Assembly: GCA_973895155.1 (NCBI GenBank)
Contig: OZ316893.1
Span: 11,537,660-11,601,659, forward strand
Source of the DNA: Marsupella aquatica
Lineage: Eukaryota > Plantae > Marchantiophyta
Length of the DNA stretch: 64,000 nucleotides
Direction of reading: 5' to 3'
A program made the translations under genes and the position numbers. This document shows, in pieces, positions 60,501-64,000 of the stretch; within the stretch, counting starts at the first letter, position 1, and each line of letters starts with the position of its first letter. A model generated the notes under the pieces. It saw nothing but the letters and a program-made list of their open reading frames with translations, searched no databases and was not told the DNA's origin.

Positions 60501-63082
60501 AAATTTCCCACCGGCATACCCTATGCACCACACAAATCTCTAGCATAGATACATAGCTCTCTGAAACCTTGGGAAAAAGAAGGAATTAGAAACGCAGGGG
60601 CCAGACTTCAAAAGCGAGTAAATTTCATCATGAACCATTCAAGAGCATTTTGGACCTACTGATTCTATATCTTCGCGCATATGTCGGAGCTTGACATTGA
60701 ATATTCCAAGCCATTCATCCATGTCCTCTACGCTGACTGTAGCAGCATCAAGCTGTTGCAAAACCTGCCAGAACCATCCACAGAATGTGATGGCATGTTA
60801 AATCCAGGTAGACAGCTTTTTCCAGTAGGCAAAACAATTCTGTGCCATAGACATGATAGTTGCACTGGCCGATATGCATGTGCCAAAGTACACGACAAAC
60901 GGTTCAATGGGAAAACCATTCCACAAAAGCACATCAGCTGAAAGCTTCACAGCCATGTGGCATCCCTTAGGAATAGCGATTGAAAAAGCAACGGTTGAGG
61001 ACAAGTGGGTCAAGCTGTAATCAACCATCGCTTGACAAGTGAACAAGCTTGAATATAAACTCACCTCCTCTACTAGAGGCTGGCTTTCCAAGATGGCATG
61101 CACATTAGCGGCTTCAAGGGCTGTCAGTTCCCGCTTCAACCTCTCCGAAAATGCTTCAGCCTCGTCGATGCCAAGGACATACCTGTGTCCAGAACAAACC
61201 TAGCGCATCATTGCCAGTTGCATCTGACTGAAACATGCGTTACGCAAATATCAATGCAAACAAACCACTCAATACCCATAATCCATGGGCGTCACTGCTG
61301 AAGGGTGCTAAAAGCACTGCATAGGTCCAACGAGATTGTAAGGCCCATTTCGGTTGATAGCTATGTGGTAGACAATAATTGTAAGCGTCTTTCAAGACGG
61401 AAACTGGAATTTAAAGAGAAGAGACGATACGAACGAGCCAAGTAGAGCCTCCATGTCATCTTCTTCAGCCTTTGAGACCAATTCTCTCTCCACAGTCTCT
61501 GCACCAGCTTTTGAAACATCGCGGTTGCCTTCATAGACAGGTGATGAAGGTCCATCTATCGGAAGTGCTTTTGCATTTGCCTATTTAAACACCAGAACTT
61601 CTTCCGTCAATTGCATCACTCAATGACCTACGCTGTTCCCAAAACGGTTACAGAATTTTGGAACATATTGATGACAAAGCAGATTGGATGATAAGAGCGA
61701 TACATTAGAGAAGAATCAAAGGCAACTAGCTACCTGGGCCCATAAAGCCATCTCCACAACATCCATGCCAACAATCTTTGGCAGCCGGCCAAGATTCTCC
61801 TTGCATAGCTTGAGAATAGAGGTCACTAATCGATTTCTGTACACTCCACTGACCTTGTCAGCAACAAGGAATTGATAGACCGGAATCCAGAATCTATGAC
61901 ATCATTTTACTTCAGGTACGAATTGCAGTGCTTGCAAAATGAGCACCTACCTATCATCAAGATTCCGCAGTGTCCATTGCGGAGGAGCGACAGCTTGTGC
62001 TTTCAAGTTATCAAAACCCTGGGATTTGACAAGAAGTGGACAAGAAACAATCAGCTTCAATTTCATCTCCCCCAGCTACTCCACATACACCATAAAGTGC
62101 AACATTGTACATATTCATCAAGAAAAGGTCAGGCTCTATACCAGCACAAAGGTGCAGCCGGAATTATCGGTTGGCACGGCTTCTATTTTTGACAAATGCT
62201 TCAACTTGTAGACTTTTGCTGTCTGCAGCATAATTCATTAAAAAATATCTATTAATTACATTCCCGAACGTGTTCACCGGGTTATCATGCTGAACTATGT
62301 AACCAGTTTACGGTCGATCCGCTTGTGCATCTCCCAGTGAGTGTTAGATGAATAATCAAGAAGAAAGAAAACTATACAGGCTGAATTCAGATTACAAATA
62401 CAAACTACTAGGAAGAACTCTCCCATGCCAGACACCACCGACTGAGATTGCCCACACCCCCAAGACATGGGCTTAAGATACTAAAGATTGCACACTCTGT
62501 ATTCAAAGTCAAAGGAACGAGAATGTATGCATTTTGACACTACTATAAATCTCTAGAAGGCCCTTCCCTAAAAATCCCTTCAAAAGTTAACGTACCGCAT
62601 AGTATTAGCAATATCAACTGGGAATCTCTCATGTCTTACCTGAACTTCGCCATTTGGAAGTTGCTTTAGAACTTGCACCTTCACCTTGAACTTTTGCGTA
62701 ATGACTGATCTCTTAGCTGCCAGGATCCAATAACTCAAATATTTCAGGCAATTCTCTTGAGCTCAACTGTACACATGAACCTGGAGCTTTTCTAGTCTGT
62801 GGATTGGAGCCCCACACCACAAGATGTTTCAATCCAGAATTGTTTTTCCCTAGTAAAGAAAAACGAGAAAGAATTTAGGAAGCCGAAGTAATCACCAGTG
62901 AGAGTCAGAATTCGAGGTTTAGTGGTGAGGCGGGTGCGACGCCCGGACACAGTCCACGATGAGGCCTGACTCTTGTCAACTCGAAATGCCAAAAGCACCT
63001 GGAGATCCGAAGTCAGGAAATACGACTCCACGAGGCTCATTAAACCCCCGTCATCGCCACCAGCCTGCTGATTTCCCACCAT
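54524..63082 (-). CDS. SEC3: exocyst complex component SEC3, 25 exons, 886 aa
   Basis: Exons 63082-62896, 62716-62640, 62222-62142, 62018-61951, 61836-61734, 61580-61435, 61182-61065, 60764-60660, 60388-60287, 60096-59959, 59671-59543, 59412-59332, 59073-58999, 58809-58639, 58544-58415, 58250-58183, 57605-57435, 57248-57169, 56839-56758, 56331-56234, 56035-55927, 55616-55548, 55324-55259, 55053-54961, 54637-54524 sum to 2661 nt in frame, all GT-AG. Motifs [73 protein letters not shown] and [12 protein letters not shown]. Confidence 0.96.
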
Positions 63083-64000
63083 GATGGCGATTCTCCAATG
63101 CCTCCCTCCTCCCACTCAGTCGTTGTCCAAATTGAGGGCAACGTCAACAACGCCTCCAAGTGAAGCGAGGCTGGACGCCAAAGGAAGTTCCGTCCGTCAT
63201 CAAGATCACCAACAAGCAGGCAGAAACTGTGACACGGTGGCCCAAATGATTACGCTGGGAGGGAGTGTAGAACGACAATGCAGCCCTTCGATCCCAAACA
63301 GAAAACGGCAGAGCACAGAAAACGAACTAACAGGAGCGGAACAGAACGGAACGATCTGAGGGAGAACAATTGGAGTCAGAACGATAGATCGAGTTTGATT
63401 TTCAAGAGCCAGAGAGACAGAGTACGAAAAAAAAAAATCTGGTTCACGAAAATACAGTCCTAGCACCTCGTGCAGCTACGAAGAAACTTCTAAGCTACAC
63501 TCCTTTCGATTGACTACGATCGGATCGGAAGGAGCAGGTGAAGCGAGATCAAGCGGTGTTAGATCAGATTTCTCTCACAATCAACTCTTCCTCGAAGCTC
63601 CACACACGATAGTAGAAGATTTCAATGCATGATTTCGGCATCCACCTTCCATTCCCCGTTTCTTCTCGATCAACCTTCACAGTTCACAACTCCATCACAG
63701 TACACTGCTAACGTGGTTTCCAGTCTACTGTGGTCCAACGACTCTCGTGTGCTAACTACAGTCGGTTCTGTCCACTGTGGTCCAATGACTCTCGTGTGCT
63801 GAGTACCAGCTTATTTTTTAAGTGCGAATTTTCGCCAAATTCCACCTCCCCACAAACTGTTGGCCACTTTTGGCTAATATTAGGTACATTTTTAAGGCAC
63901 CATTAGTCACTTTTCCACCAAATCATGGACCCCATTTACCAGAATCTAACTGTCCTCCTTAAATCTCCAAAAATCTAAGGATATCTGACTATCATGATGT

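Noticed and set aside
54524-63082. U12-type or non-canonical introns in SEC3
   Set aside because: All 24 introns could be placed with GT-AG ends, and none had the RTATCCTT donor.

Overview
Eukaryotic nuclear DNA from a land plant. GT-AG introns, the gene families and the repeat style suggest an early-diverging, bryophyte-like lineage, but that placement is an inference. The first ~11 kb is gene-free and full of degenerate transposon and LTR remnants. Seven protein-coding genes can be rebuilt by hand with open reading frames: a divergent alpha-tubulin (+, 5 exons), a very large single-ORF INCENP with internal tandem repeats (-), a three-module EF-hand protein (-, 4 exons), C1D/RRP47 (-, 5 exons), an intronless class-3 lipase (+), an intronless RBX1 (-) and exocyst SEC3 (-, 25 exons). 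The most unusual element is at 34415-35240. It is a miniature LTR retrotransposon (TRIM) whose 137-bp LTR carries a tRNA-derived Pol III A/B-box cassette, followed by an initiator-tRNA-Met PBS and a PPT. A PBS-less deletion derivative of it has been amplified into a tandem array. The window also holds two copies of a MITE family and many young local tandem duplications. All coordinates were read by eye and no database searches were run.
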